DNA of 64,000 nucleotides from Leptolyngbyaceae cyanobacterium (GTDB lineage: Bacteria > Cyanobacteriota > Cyanobacteriia > Phormidesmidales > Phormidesmidaceae), in assembly GCA_965263355.1 (NCBI GenBank), contig CBDHHL010000032.1, positions 1,888,001 through 1,952,000 of the forward strand, given 5' to 3'. Shown here piece after piece: positions 42,320 through 51,927 of the stretch (the first letter of the stretch is position 1; every line of letters begins with the position of its first letter). Under the pieces are notes generated by a model. That model was not told the origin of the DNA and ran no database searches. It worked only from the letters and a program-made list of their open reading frames with translations. A program made the position numbers and the translations under genes.

Positions 42320-43474
42320 ATGCCCCCACCAAAAGCACCGAAAACGCCGTCAGGCAAGGCACCTAAGGGGACCGTTCAGGTAGTTGCATCCCATGGACGT
42401 CTGCAGCTTCGATTTCGTCATCAGGGCAAACGTCGATATCTCTCCATTGGTCTCCCCGACTCTCCTACTAACCGAATTGTTGCCCAACAAACTGCCGGTC
42501 AAATTCAACTCGATATTATCTCTGGCAACTTTGACAACACGCTAGCAAAGTATAAACCTACAGCCAATCAACCCCAAGAGAAAGTTACCGTAGAAATCCC
42601 CTCAGTGTCGGAGCTGTGGGATAGTTTTTGTGAAATCAAACGCCAAACTGTTGCACCGGGTACATGGCGTAATGGATATTGTGTGAACACCCGCCATTTA
42701 ACCCGGTGTCCCTACAAAAAATTAGAGGATGCACAAAAAATTTACGACTGGGCAGTTACAACCTTAAAACCAGATCCAGCCAGACGGCTTATTCAGGCTT
42801 TGTCATCCTGTTGTAAATGGGCAAAGCGGGCCAATTTGATTGAGACTAATCCCTTTGAAGGGTTATCTGCAGAAATCAAAATCCCCAAAAAGTCTGCTGA
42901 AAACAACGATATTGATCCCTTCACACAAGCAGAACGGCAGACAATTATTGAGGCGTTCACCCAAAGCAAATATTATGCCCACTACACGTCGCTAGTAAAA
43001 TTCCTGTTTTTTACGGGCTGCCGTCCATCCGAAGCGGCTGGTCTGCAGTGGAAACATATTTCACCGCAGGAAATTGTTTTTGATCAGGCAGTAGTTGATT
43101 CTGTCTATGGGAGAGTCTTGAAAGAGGGGTTGAAAACCCAGTCCAAACGAAAGTTTCCAATTAACCGACAACTTCATAAGTTGTTGTCAGAACTCCGGAC
43201 CCCAGATGTCAAAGTAGACGATTTTGTTTTTCCCAGTCCAAATGGAAACTATTTGAACTGTCAGAATTTTCGCAGTCGTGGATGGACACCTATTTTGGCA
43301 CAGTTAGGTATCCGTTATCGTAAGCCTTATCAGGCTCGGCATACTTTTATTACCCATTGCTTGCAAGAAGGCATTAGCGTACAACAGGTAGCTAAATGGG
43401 TAGGTAACTCACCTGAGATCATCATGAAGCACTACGCTGGTATCTTAGAGCAACTCCAGGTGCCTGAAATTTAG
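42320..43474 (+). mobile_element. Tyrosine recombinase/integrase with N-terminal arm-binding domain
   Basis: GRLQLRF...RRYLSIG arm domain; TGCRPSE, LKT, YQARHTF, VGNSPEIIMKHY; starts about 165 bp after the tRNA. Confidence 0.92.
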
Positions 43475-43493
43475 TCCCAGCCTTGTCAGGTGC

Positions 43494-43532
43494 ACTACTT
43501 ATTTACGAATCGAGTGTTCGCAAATAAGTAGT
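43494..43532. terminator. Hairpin after the integrase
   Basis: actacttatttacgaa...ttcgcaaataagtagt. Confidence 0.55.
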
Positions 43533-43945
43533 CTTTACCACACAAGGACTCCAGGCGTTAAAAATTTCCATCTCAATTTTTTATCTCAATCTTTATCTCA
43601 ATAATCGACCTTTAGCTTAGCTGGTTGGGTGTTTTTGGACTTTTTAAGACATGTTTAGATAAGGCAATAGCAACTGAACTAGACACCTATCTGAAAGAAG
43701 CTTCTGCCTGGAAACCTGACTAAAAGAAGTGGAGGCAGGCTATATATTGTCGTGATTCTAACGTTAGATTGAACAGGTGGCAGCAGCATTGATGGTTGAG
43801 GAATCGGCTGAGGCGATAACTCATTTGCTGTATCAAGGGATAGCAGTAAGTAATGAAATTTAGGTTTACCTCGATCGATTTGGATAGCCTAATAGCTGCC
43901 CAACGAGATTCCGCTAGGCAGCTAGATATGGAATGCCATGAATGC

Positions 43946-44716
43946 TCAGGAGCTAGGTAAGTTATCTGGATCGACGCCGAGCGATCGCACATATTCGGCC
44001 AATTGATCAGCTCGTTGCTTCTCAGCTTGAGCTTTCTGACGTTCTGCAATTAGCTCAGATTCGGTAGACTCAATAATTTCATCCGGTGTTGGATAGGCTT
44101 TACCGTCAGCATCGAACCATAGCAGCACTTCCTGTTCAATCCCGCCTAAGATGCGACGACTGCGACCAATGCCAATGCCTACTTCAGGCATCCAAAAGGG
44201 TTCGCCAATTTGCAGTTGATAAGTTTGGCCACCCAGTTTGTAAACTTCGAACGGCTGGTGCCGGTCCCGTTGCCAATACTCTGGGTTGTAAACCACATAG
44301 TAGAGGACACCCAACTTGGCATAAAGATCACGCTTGGCATCATATTCCTCATTGGGTTGATGGGATACCATCTCCAGCGCCAGGATCGGCACCGTGTCAT
44401 TTTCTTCGCAGGTGGCATAGCTTCTACGGGATTTACCACCTTTTTTGCGTTCCACACCCAAGCTTAGAAATGCATCGGGCACAACAGGCACTTTCGGACT
44501 TAACCCTGTTGTGTGATACACTGCCATGTCTACACCGAAGAACCAATCCATGCGCTCTGACCAGATACGGGTTAACAGAAACAGCAATAGATTGGGCAGC
44601 AGATTCTGATCTTGGCTTCGCCACGTCCTGGGGCCTACGTTATCCACAGGGGTATCGTCAGAGCAGGGCAACTCTGTTGTACTGGGCAGAATGATTTTGA
44701 GCGGTTGTGAAACCAT
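43946..44716 (-). CDS. Uma2 (DUF820) family endonuclease-like protein
   Basis: LPCSDDTPVDN, VPDAFLSLGV, LALEMVS, C-terminal coiled coil ending LGVDPD. Confidence 0.9.
   Translation of the reverse strand: MVSQPLKIILPSTTELPCSDDTPVDNVGPRTWRSQDQNLLPNLLLFLLTRIWSERMDWFFGVDMAVYHTTGLSPKVPVVPDAFLSLGVERKKGGKSRRSYATCEENDTVPILALEMVSHQPNEEYDAKRDLYAKLGVLYYVVYNPEYWQRDRHQPFEVYKLGGQTYQLQIGEPFWMPEVGIGIGRSRRILGGIEQEVLLWFDADGKAYPTPDEIIESTESELIAERQKAQAEKQRADQLAEYVRSLGVDPDNLPSS
44614..44637 (-). repeat. 24-nt in-frame insertion resembling a short dispersed repeat
   Basis: TAGGCCCCAGGACGTGGCGAAGCC; removing it restores the usual DN-E-DQN motif. Confidence 0.65.
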
Positions 44717-45097
44717 TTTGGTGTGGTCGCATCGCTATTTTCCTATTGTAGGTGATCACTTTAGGAACCATGGAGCGCTAATGCTAAGACGTTTGCCTGG
44801 TCTGAAAACCAATTAGGGGTAAGTTCCTGAGGATCAACAGACGGCTCAACAGCTGGACCACACGGTTGCTCAAGTGGCGCTGCAAGCAGAGCATTTGAGT
44901 TAAGGTCTCACAGAAACAGTTGGTCGGCTAGCTTCATCAGTGTATGAAACTGGAGACTGCATAAAGTGCAACAACACAAGTGATCTAGCCTTTGAGAAAA
45001 GTCGTAAAAGTCAGATATTCCCTAATGCTCGATCAAGGTATTGGGTACATTTTTGCCCTAAATTATTTGAGTCGGGGCTTAAATCGGAGATGCCACT

Positions 45098-48000
45098 ATG
45101 TCTCAGCTTGTTTACCAGGTAGGGGGAAGTTTATCCGTTGATGCGGCTACCTACGTGGTGCGGCAAGCTGACCAGACTCTGTATGAGGCGCTACTGGCTG
45201 GTGAGTTTTGCTATGTCTTCAATGCTCGCCAGATGGGTAAATCGAGCCTGAGGACCCGAACGCAGCAAAAATTAGAAGACCTGGGCCATCGCTGTGTCTA
45301 TTTAGATATGACCCAGCTGGGTAGCGAAGAGGTGACCCACCAGCAGTGGTATCGCGGCGTTATGCTGGAGTTACTGCGGGATTTGGACTTGCTGGGCAAG
45401 GTGGATATTAGAGCCCGCTGGAATATGTGGGAAACACTGCCTGCGATCCAGCAGTTGCGGTTACTGCTCGATGAAATTTTGACGCTATTGTCTGACACTC
45501 GTCTATTTATTTTTGTAGACGAGATCGATAGTGTGCTCAATCTGGAGTTTCCGGTGAATGACTTTTTTATCTTTATTCGCTCGTGCTACGAACTACGACA
45601 AAGTCAGGCTGACTATCATCGGTTGACGTGGGCGTTGTTTGGGGTGGCAACACCATCGGATTTGATTCGCGATCGCAAACGCACCCCTTTCAACATTGGT
45701 CGCGCCATCGACCTACAAGATTTTCACCTCGACGAAGCCGAACCCCTCATGACTGGCTTCAAAAAACAAGTAGCCAGACCCGAAGCCATTCTCAAAGCCA
45801 TATTAGATTGGTCAGGTGGCCAACCTCTGCTTACCCAAAAGCTTTGTCAGCTAGCGGCACAGACTGAGGACTTAAGTAACTTATCCCCAGGGGAAGAAAT
45901 CCTCTGGATTAAAGATCTAGTCCATACAAATATCATCCAATACTGGGAGTCCCAGGATAATCCTGAACACCTACGCACAATCCGCAATCGTCTGTTTATG
46001 GACGAACAGCGGACACCTCGCTTGCTGGGGCTATATCAACGCATCCTAGAACAGGGGGGCATGCCCCTAGACGGTAGCCCAGAACAAACGGAATTACTCC
46101 TGTCTGGTCTGGTCAATCAGCAGCGCGGACAGCTCCAAGTCAAAAACCGTATCTACCAGACTATCTTTTCCACCGATTGGATTCAGACTCAGCTCGATAC
46201 CCTGCGTCCCTACTACCAGACTTTCAACGCTTGGGTAAAGTCAGAGTGTACCGATGAGTCCTCTCTGTTGCGGGGTCAAACTCTGGAAAATGGACTGACC
46301 TGGTCTAAACAACAAACCCTGAGCGATCTGGACTATCGCTATTTAGCCGCCAGTCAGGACCTCAATCTGAAAGAGTCTCTTACCCAGGCCGAAGCGACTC
46401 GTCTACAGGAAGTAGAAGCTCGACTTGCTACCGAACAACGACGCAGAAAAGAACAGCGGTGGCTGCTAGGCGGTGTCAGCTTAGCCCTGCTGGTGGCAAC
46501 TGGTTTAGGTATCTTTGCCTGGCAGCAATACCGTCGCTCTGCCGTCAGCGAAGCACAGGCCATTGTGCGTTCTGCCCAGGCGCTGTTTGCCTCAGACCAG
46601 TCCTTTGATGCGTTGCTTGGAGCTATTCGTGGAAAGCGGCAGGTGCAAAAGCTCTGGAACGCTGATCCCATGATTCAATCTCAGGCCAACACAATAACCG
46701 AACAATTAGTCCTCAACATTCGGCAGCAAAATCGGCTGGATGGCCATTCGGCTCCTGTCGCAACAGTGAGCTTTAACCCCAACGGACAGCAGTTAGCAAC
46801 GGCTGGGACGAATGGTGTAATTAAACTATGGGATCAAATGGGAGCGCTACTGGCCAATTTAGAGGGGCACACTTCGACTGTTCAAACCGTCAGGTTCAGT
46901 CCCAATGGTTCTCTGCTGGCTTCTGCCAGCGATGACGGTACAATTCGCCTCTGGACGACGCCTGATGGTACTCCAAAGCAGGTGATCAACAGTCAAATTT
47001 CTAGTCTCTGGGGGCTAGATTTTAGCCCTGATGGTCAAACCCTAGCGGCCTGTGGCCAATCTGGAGCGGCAGAACTGTGGCAGATTGATGGTACCTTAAT
47101 TAGCAACTTTGACGCTGGAGGCATCTGTGATCTGGCCTACAGCCCACTGGGAAACCAGATTGCTATTGGTAGCGGTGCCACGGTGACACTGTGGCACCCC
47201 AATGGCCAACTACTGCGTACCCTTAAACATCAGCACGTCGTCGGATCGGTTGCCTATAGCCCTGACGGTGAACTATTGGCAGCAGGTAGCCAGAACGGTC
47301 AAATCAAAATCTGGCGGTCGGATGGTAGCCTGCTCCAGACCCTCAATTACCATGAAGCCAGCGTTACGTCATTAGCCTTTAGCCCCGATGGCCAGCGACT
47401 TGTTAGTGCCAGTTTCGACAAAACTCTCTCTCTGTGGAGCCGCAATGGCCTTCTCCTAGATATTTTCAAGGGCCACCAGGGCGGTGTTTGGGAAGTGACG
47501 TTCAGTCCTGATGGACAAACCATTGTCTCTACAGGTTTAGATAGGACCGTGCTACTTTGGAAAACGGATAGTTCATTTCGTCAGTCTTTCTATGATTTCA
47601 GCAGTTTGGTGCTGAGAGTTCTCTACAGCCAAGATGGCAAGACTTTGGTGATGAGTGATGCCAACAATCTTATTGTATTTAATCTAGATAGCTTTACACG
47701 ACGTGTAATCGAGGCTCATGACGCTTATGTGATGAATCTGGCTCGTCATCCCCAAGCGGAAGAATTTTTATCGGCGTCTGAAGACGCAACACTGAAGCGC
47801 TGGAGTATGGATGGGACATTGTTACAGACTTATAGCCATGATACAGCGGTGTTGGCAGCTGGTTGGCACTCCAATGGGCAAGAGATATTAACGGGGACTG
47901 GCACCGGGGAACTTTATCGTTGGGCCGTCGATGGCACCCTAATCAATCGCTGGAATGGACATTCAGCCCCGGTTCGGGGGATCGCCTATAGTCCTGATGG

Positions 48001-48526
48001 CAAACTGTTTGCATCTGTAAGTAACGATAGTACAGTAAAGCTTTGGGGGGCTGATGGGGCACTGCTGCATACGATGAAGCATGACGCTGTCGTTTGGCAA
48101 GTAGCCTTTAGCCATGACGGTACTCGGCTGGTGACGGGAAGCGCTGATCAGACGGCAAAAATTTGGCGAACGGATGGTACGTTGTTGAGTACTCTAGACG
48201 GGCATCAGTCCGCTCTATGGGGTGTGGCGTTTAGCCCTGACGATACCGTTGTGGCGACAGCCAGTCTAGATAATACTGTTAAACTTTGGACGCCGGACGG
48301 CACGTTGCTAAAGTCCCTTGAGGGACATACCTCCGGCGCTCGCAGTGTGGCATTTAGTCCTGATGGACAATCCCTCGCATCCGTCGGCGATGATAAGGCG
48401 CTTTTTGTGTGGAATATTCCAGCCATTTTAGACCTGCAGCCCTTAGACTATGCCTGCAACTGGGTGCAGAATTACCTGCAGACTAACAACACTGTTTCTC
48501 AAGCAGAAAAGTCTCTTTGTCCTTAG
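45098..48526 (+). CDS. AAA-like NTPase + TM + WD40-repeat protein
   Basis: [16 protein letters not shown] (Walker A), FVDEID, TPFNIG; about 14 WD40 repeats. Confidence 0.93.
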   Translation: MSQLVYQVGGSLSVDAATYVVRQADQTLYEALLAGEFCYVFNARQMGKSSLRTRTQQKLEDLGHRCVYLDMTQLGSEEVTHQQWYRGVMLELLRDLDLLGKVDIRARWNMWETLPAIQQLRLLLDEILTLLSDTRLFIFVDEIDSVLNLEFPVNDFFIFIRSCYELRQSQADYHRLTWALFGVATPSDLIRDRKRTPFNIGRAIDLQDFHLDEAEPLMTGFKKQVARPEAILKAILDWSGGQPLLTQKLCQLAAQTEDLSNLSPGEEILWIKDLVHTNIIQYWESQDNPEHLRTIRNRLFMDEQRTPRLLGLYQRILEQGGMPLDGSPEQTELLLSGLVNQQRGQLQVKNRIYQTIFSTDWIQTQLDTLRPYYQTFNAWVKSECTDESSLLRGQTLENGLTWSKQQTLSDLDYRYLAASQDLNLKESLTQAEATRLQEVEARLATEQRRRKEQRWLLGGVSLALLVATGLGIFAWQQYRRSAVSEAQAIVRSAQALFASDQSFDALLGAIRGKRQVQKLWNADPMIQSQANTITEQLVLNIRQQNRLDGHSAPVATVSFNPNGQQLATAGTNGVIKLWDQMGALLANLEGHTSTVQTVRFSPNGSLLASASDDGTIRLWTTPDGTPKQVINSQISSLWGLDFSPDGQTLAACGQSGAAELWQIDGTLISNFDAGGICDLAYSPLGNQIAIGSGATVTLWHPNGQLLRTLKHQHVVGSVAYSPDGELLAAGSQNGQIKIWRSDGSLLQTLNYHEASVTSLAFSPDGQRLVSASFDKTLSLWSRNGLLLDIFKGHQGGVWEVTFSPDGQTIVSTGLDRTVLLWKTDSSFRQSFYDFSSLVLRVLYSQDGKTLVMSDANNLIVFNLDSFTRRVIEAHDAYVMNLARHPQAEEFLSASEDATLKRWSMDGTLLQTYSHDTAVLAAGWHSNGQEILTGTGTGELYRWAVDGTLINRWNGHSAPVRGIAYSPDGKLFASVSNDSTVKLWGADGALLHTMKHDAVVWQVAFSHDGTRLVTGSADQTAKIWRTDGTLLSTLDGHQSALWGVAFSPDDTVVATASLDNTVKLWTPDGTLLKSLEGHTSGARSVAFSPDGQSLASVGDDKALFVWNIPAILDLQPLDYACNWVQNYLQTNNTVSQAEKSLCP

Positions 48527-48537
48527 ATGAAGTTGAG

Positions 48538-49314
48538 CTAAGTTAATACTTTATTAGGTAAATCATTTGCAACACTTTGAGCTTCAACCAATGCATTAAT
48601 CTCGGTCCATTCGCTAGGTGTTAATGGTTCTACTTGAAATGCTGCGTCAAAGCATGTTGTTGCAGCTGCCGTTAACGTTGAAATAATGTCAGGTATTTGG
48701 TCCGCTATGCCATGGTTAATCAAGGCCGGAATCTGTGGTGGGGCTTGCCCAAACACTTGCATAAACAAGCCCGAATCAGGATTGAGGAGCATTGAGCCAT
48801 GTTGTAAGACCCATTGTTTTTGACAGTACTGAGCACTGCCGATAAACTTGCTGCCAAAGTTATCAATTAAGTCCGCTGTGGTGGCTAGGCCAAAACAGTT
48901 TTGTGACTTGATGTAGGCGCGATCAGGGTCGCCAAATTGCAAATTTACCCCCAGCTTAGCCCAGCCGACAATTAAAAACTCACATAGGGCTCGATACCCT
49001 GCTGTGCGATTGAGGCTAGGCTGCTGGGTCACCAGTGCATAGGTTAAATCTCCCTGATGCAATACGCCCCGCCCACCACTGGGGCGCTGCACCAGGGAGA
49101 TCGGTTGCCCCTGCCAGGTGATCGAACGCCAATGCTCTGGCACCCGTCGCCGCTGACTCCGACCCAATGATATGGCCGGTGGGTTCCAGGTATAAAACCG
49201 CAGGGTGGGTGGATGCCCCTGCTGCTGTTGCTGGAGTAGCCAAGAGTCAATGGCCATCTGCACCGGACCTGGGGCATCGAGTAGAGGAATCAGTCGCCAA
49301 GGCGTCATAGTCAT
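48538..49314 (-). CDS. Lipoate-protein ligase A / octanoyltransferase family protein
   Basis: QMAID, LRFYTW, RPSGGRGVLH, KFIGSAQ, LQHGS. Confidence 0.9.
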   Translation of the reverse strand: MTMTPWRLIPLLDAPGPVQMAIDSWLLQQQQQGHPPTLRFYTWNPPAISLGRSQRRRVPEHWRSITWQGQPISLVQRPSGGRGVLHQGDLTYALVTQQPSLNRTAGYRALCEFLIVGWAKLGVNLQFGDPDRAYIKSQNCFGLATTADLIDNFGSKFIGSAQYCQKQWVLQHGSMLLNPDSGLFMQVFGQAPPQIPALINHGIADQIPDIISTLTAAATTCFDAAFQVEPLTPSEWTEINALVEAQSVANDLPNKVLT

Positions 49315-49360
49315 GAAGGAAGGGGGCTAAAAGAACGATTTTAGGGTGCTGTAATCATTC

Positions 49361-49924
49361 CTATTCTTTTATGTGTTCAGAATAAGCTGCTGCATCAAGC
49401 AGTGTATCTAGTTCACTTGGATCGCTCATCTCAATAACGACGAACCATCCCTCACCATAGGGATCTTGGTTGACGGTTTCAGGGTAATCCTCTAACGTAG
49501 CATAGTTAACGCTTACAACAGTGCCTGAAACCGGCGCATAAAGATCACTTGCAGCTTTGACAGATTCGACGACACCCATCTGATCGCCACCTTCAAGGGT
49601 CGCACCTTCCTCAGGCAGTTCAACATAAACTATATCGCTCAACGAAGCTTGAGCATGATCCGTAAAGCCTACAACGACCCGATTCCCATCTACTCTGACC
49701 CATTCATGAGAGCTGAGATAAAGCAATTCACTGGGGACTTGAGAGGCCAGCAGATCCGTGGACTGGCTAAGATTGGGATCAGTTTTGATAGAAGACGCTT
49801 TTGAATTAGATTCAGCTACAGAGTTCTGTTGTGAAGTGGTGACTGCTAAGGCAGAATCAGTCGAAGCAGTAACAGCAACAGTACCACCTAATACAACAGT
49901 TATAACTCGTAAGACTTTCTGCAT
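49361..49924 (-). CDS. gcvH: Glycine cleavage H-protein homologue with N-terminal signal-like extension
   Basis: HEWV, GFTDHAQ, ESVKAASD (lipoyl Lys), VNQDPYGEGW; preceded by about 60 extra residues. Start at 49924, 49942 or 49954. Confidence 0.88.
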   Translation of the reverse strand: MQKVLRVITVVLGGTVAVTASTDSALAVTTSQQNSVAESNSKASSIKTDPNLSQSTDLLASQVPSELLYLSSHEWVRVDGNRVVVGFTDHAQASLSDIVYVELPEEGATLEGGDQMGVVESVKAASDLYAPVSGTVVSVNYATLEDYPETVNQDPYGEGWFVVIEMSDPSELDTLLDAAAYSEHIKE

Positions 49925-50457
49925 CAGTTCTGGTTGACCCATAATTGAATTCACTTATAACAACAGTAATTATCATAGCCATAAAAAGAGATAAATAACG
50001 TCGTAAAAGTCTGATCGTTTGAGATAACTTTGAAATATCTAGAGCCTGCTCACTAAAGACAAAGGTTAATGCCATAAACGTCTATGCTGAGGTGATTCGA
50101 TAGATGGTGTTTAAGGCTATATCTGAGATTGTTGTCACAGCGACATACTGAACTACGGTATTTGTATTTTTAAACGGACATTGTTCACATGCTCTAAATC
50201 TCTGTTGTCTAAAACCACCTCAGCAATGAGCAGACTTTTCATACTTTTTAGACATTCTGTTAGCGCTATATTGTGAACGGCACTGTGGATGGGAAAGAAT
50301 GTGTGCGTCTTTGAGTATGAACGTGCATTCTTCTCGTTCAGATCCTCAAATGATTCTAAATTGAGTGCTTTAAAGACCACGGTATTCAACCAGTTGGTGC
50401 GATCTCATCTCGATTGTTCCAGCATTTGAAAACAATAGAAAATGGGAGATTAAGCAT

Positions 50458-51612
50458 ATGTATGAAGACCCAACAGCGATCGTCATTGATAATGGTTCAG
50501 GCTTTATAAAAGCTGGCTTTGCTGGCAAAGATGCTCCTAGCACCATTTTTCCAAGCATCGTTGCTCGACCACAAGACGCGGGAGCAATGCAGCCAAACGA
50601 TGCCTATGTTGGCCATGAAGCCGAGAGTAAGCGAGGGACTTTAGCCATCAATAATCCCATTGAGCATGGCATTGTGACCAATTGGGATGATATGGAGAGG
50701 ATCTGGTACCACACGTTTTATAACGAGCTCAAAATCACTCCCGAAGAACACCCTGTATTGCTCACTGCGTCTCCCTTAACTCCGAAGGAACATCGTGAGC
50801 AGATGGTTCGGATAATGTTCGAATCCTTTAATGTTCCAGCACTTTACATAACAACTGCCCCCGTGCTTGCGCTCTACGCAGCTGGACGCACAACCGGAAT
50901 CGTTGTTGACATCGGCGATGGTGTGACCCACGTAGTCCCCGTTTATGAAGGAGATGTGTTGCCCCATGGCATTATACGCTTAGATTTAGCAGGGAGAAGC
51001 TTGACGGACTATATGGTCAAACTCCTGAATGAAAGGGGGTATAACTTGAGCACCGCTGCAGAGCGAACCATTGTGCAAGACGTCAAAGAGACATTAGCGT
51101 ATACGGCCCTTGATTTTGAACAGGAAATGCAAACAGCAGCATCGAGCAGTAGCCTTGAGAAGAGCTACGAAGTGCCAGATGGTCGAGGGGTTATCACGAT
51201 TGGCAATGAGCGTTTCCGTTGCCCTGAGGCATTGTTTCAACCGGCCTTGAGTGGCATGGAGTCAGCTGGAATCCATGAAGCAGTGTGCAACTCCATTGTG
51301 AAATTGAAAGCTGATAGGTACACTGATGAGAACGGGATTTATAAGGATATGCGGAATAGCTTCTACTCCAACATCCTTATGACGGGTGGTTCAACCATGT
51401 TTCCAGGGATAGCAGATCGTATGCAAAAAGAAGTAGGGGCATTGGCTCCCCCCACTGTGAAAATTAAGATTATTGCCCCTCCAGAGCGTCGATATGGAGG
51501 TTGGAAAGGAGGCTCTATCACGGTTAGTCAGAGTACATTTCGACAAATGTGGATCTCTAAACAAGAGTACGACGAAAGTGGTCCCGGCATCGTCCATCGG
51601 CGAGAGTTTTAG
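50458..51612 (+). CDS. Eukaryote-type actin homologue
   Basis: Colinear with conventional actin: [112 protein letters not shown]. It is not MreB, FtsA or ParM. Confidence 0.97.
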   Translation: MYEDPTAIVIDNGSGFIKAGFAGKDAPSTIFPSIVARPQDAGAMQPNDAYVGHEAESKRGTLAINNPIEHGIVTNWDDMERIWYHTFYNELKITPEEHPVLLTASPLTPKEHREQMVRIMFESFNVPALYITTAPVLALYAAGRTTGIVVDIGDGVTHVVPVYEGDVLPHGIIRLDLAGRSLTDYMVKLLNERGYNLSTAAERTIVQDVKETLAYTALDFEQEMQTAASSSSLEKSYEVPDGRGVITIGNERFRCPEALFQPALSGMESAGIHEAVCNSIVKLKADRYTDENGIYKDMRNSFYSNILMTGGSTMFPGIADRMQKEVGALAPPTVKIKIIAPPERRYGGWKGGSITVSQSTFRQMWISKQEYDESGPGIVHRREF

Positions 51613-51670
51613 CATGTTACTAGCCGTGAGCATGTAGATGGGATAGTTATTTCAATCATTGTAGTTGGCA

Positions 51671-51706
51671 ATCGCCCTGAGCAAAGACTTGGGGCGATCG
51701 TTTTTT
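51671..51706 (+). terminator. Rho-independent terminator of the actin gene
   Basis: atcgccctgag-caaaga-cttggggcgat followed by cgtttttt. Confidence 0.7.
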
Positions 51707-51927
51707 ATTATTCAGCTCTGCAACCAGTCCAACACTTCTTCTATTGCCAGTTGAACAAATGACTAATGGTGAATATAGAAGGCAATCGATAAAAAATGGG
51801 CGGCCTCAATGAATGAAACCGCCACAATCTGAGCTTTTAGTAAAGATTTGTTGGTGATAAGGGCTGTTATCCCGTATTCTTCCTAAAGTGGCTTTAGGAA
51901 AGTTCGATTACCATTGTCCGGAGCAAA

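Noticed and set aside
50153..50389. 78-aa ORF between gcvH and actin as a possible profilin or other actin partner
   Set aside because: It has a TTG start, is too short for profilin and shows no recognisable motif; it is probably promoter DNA.
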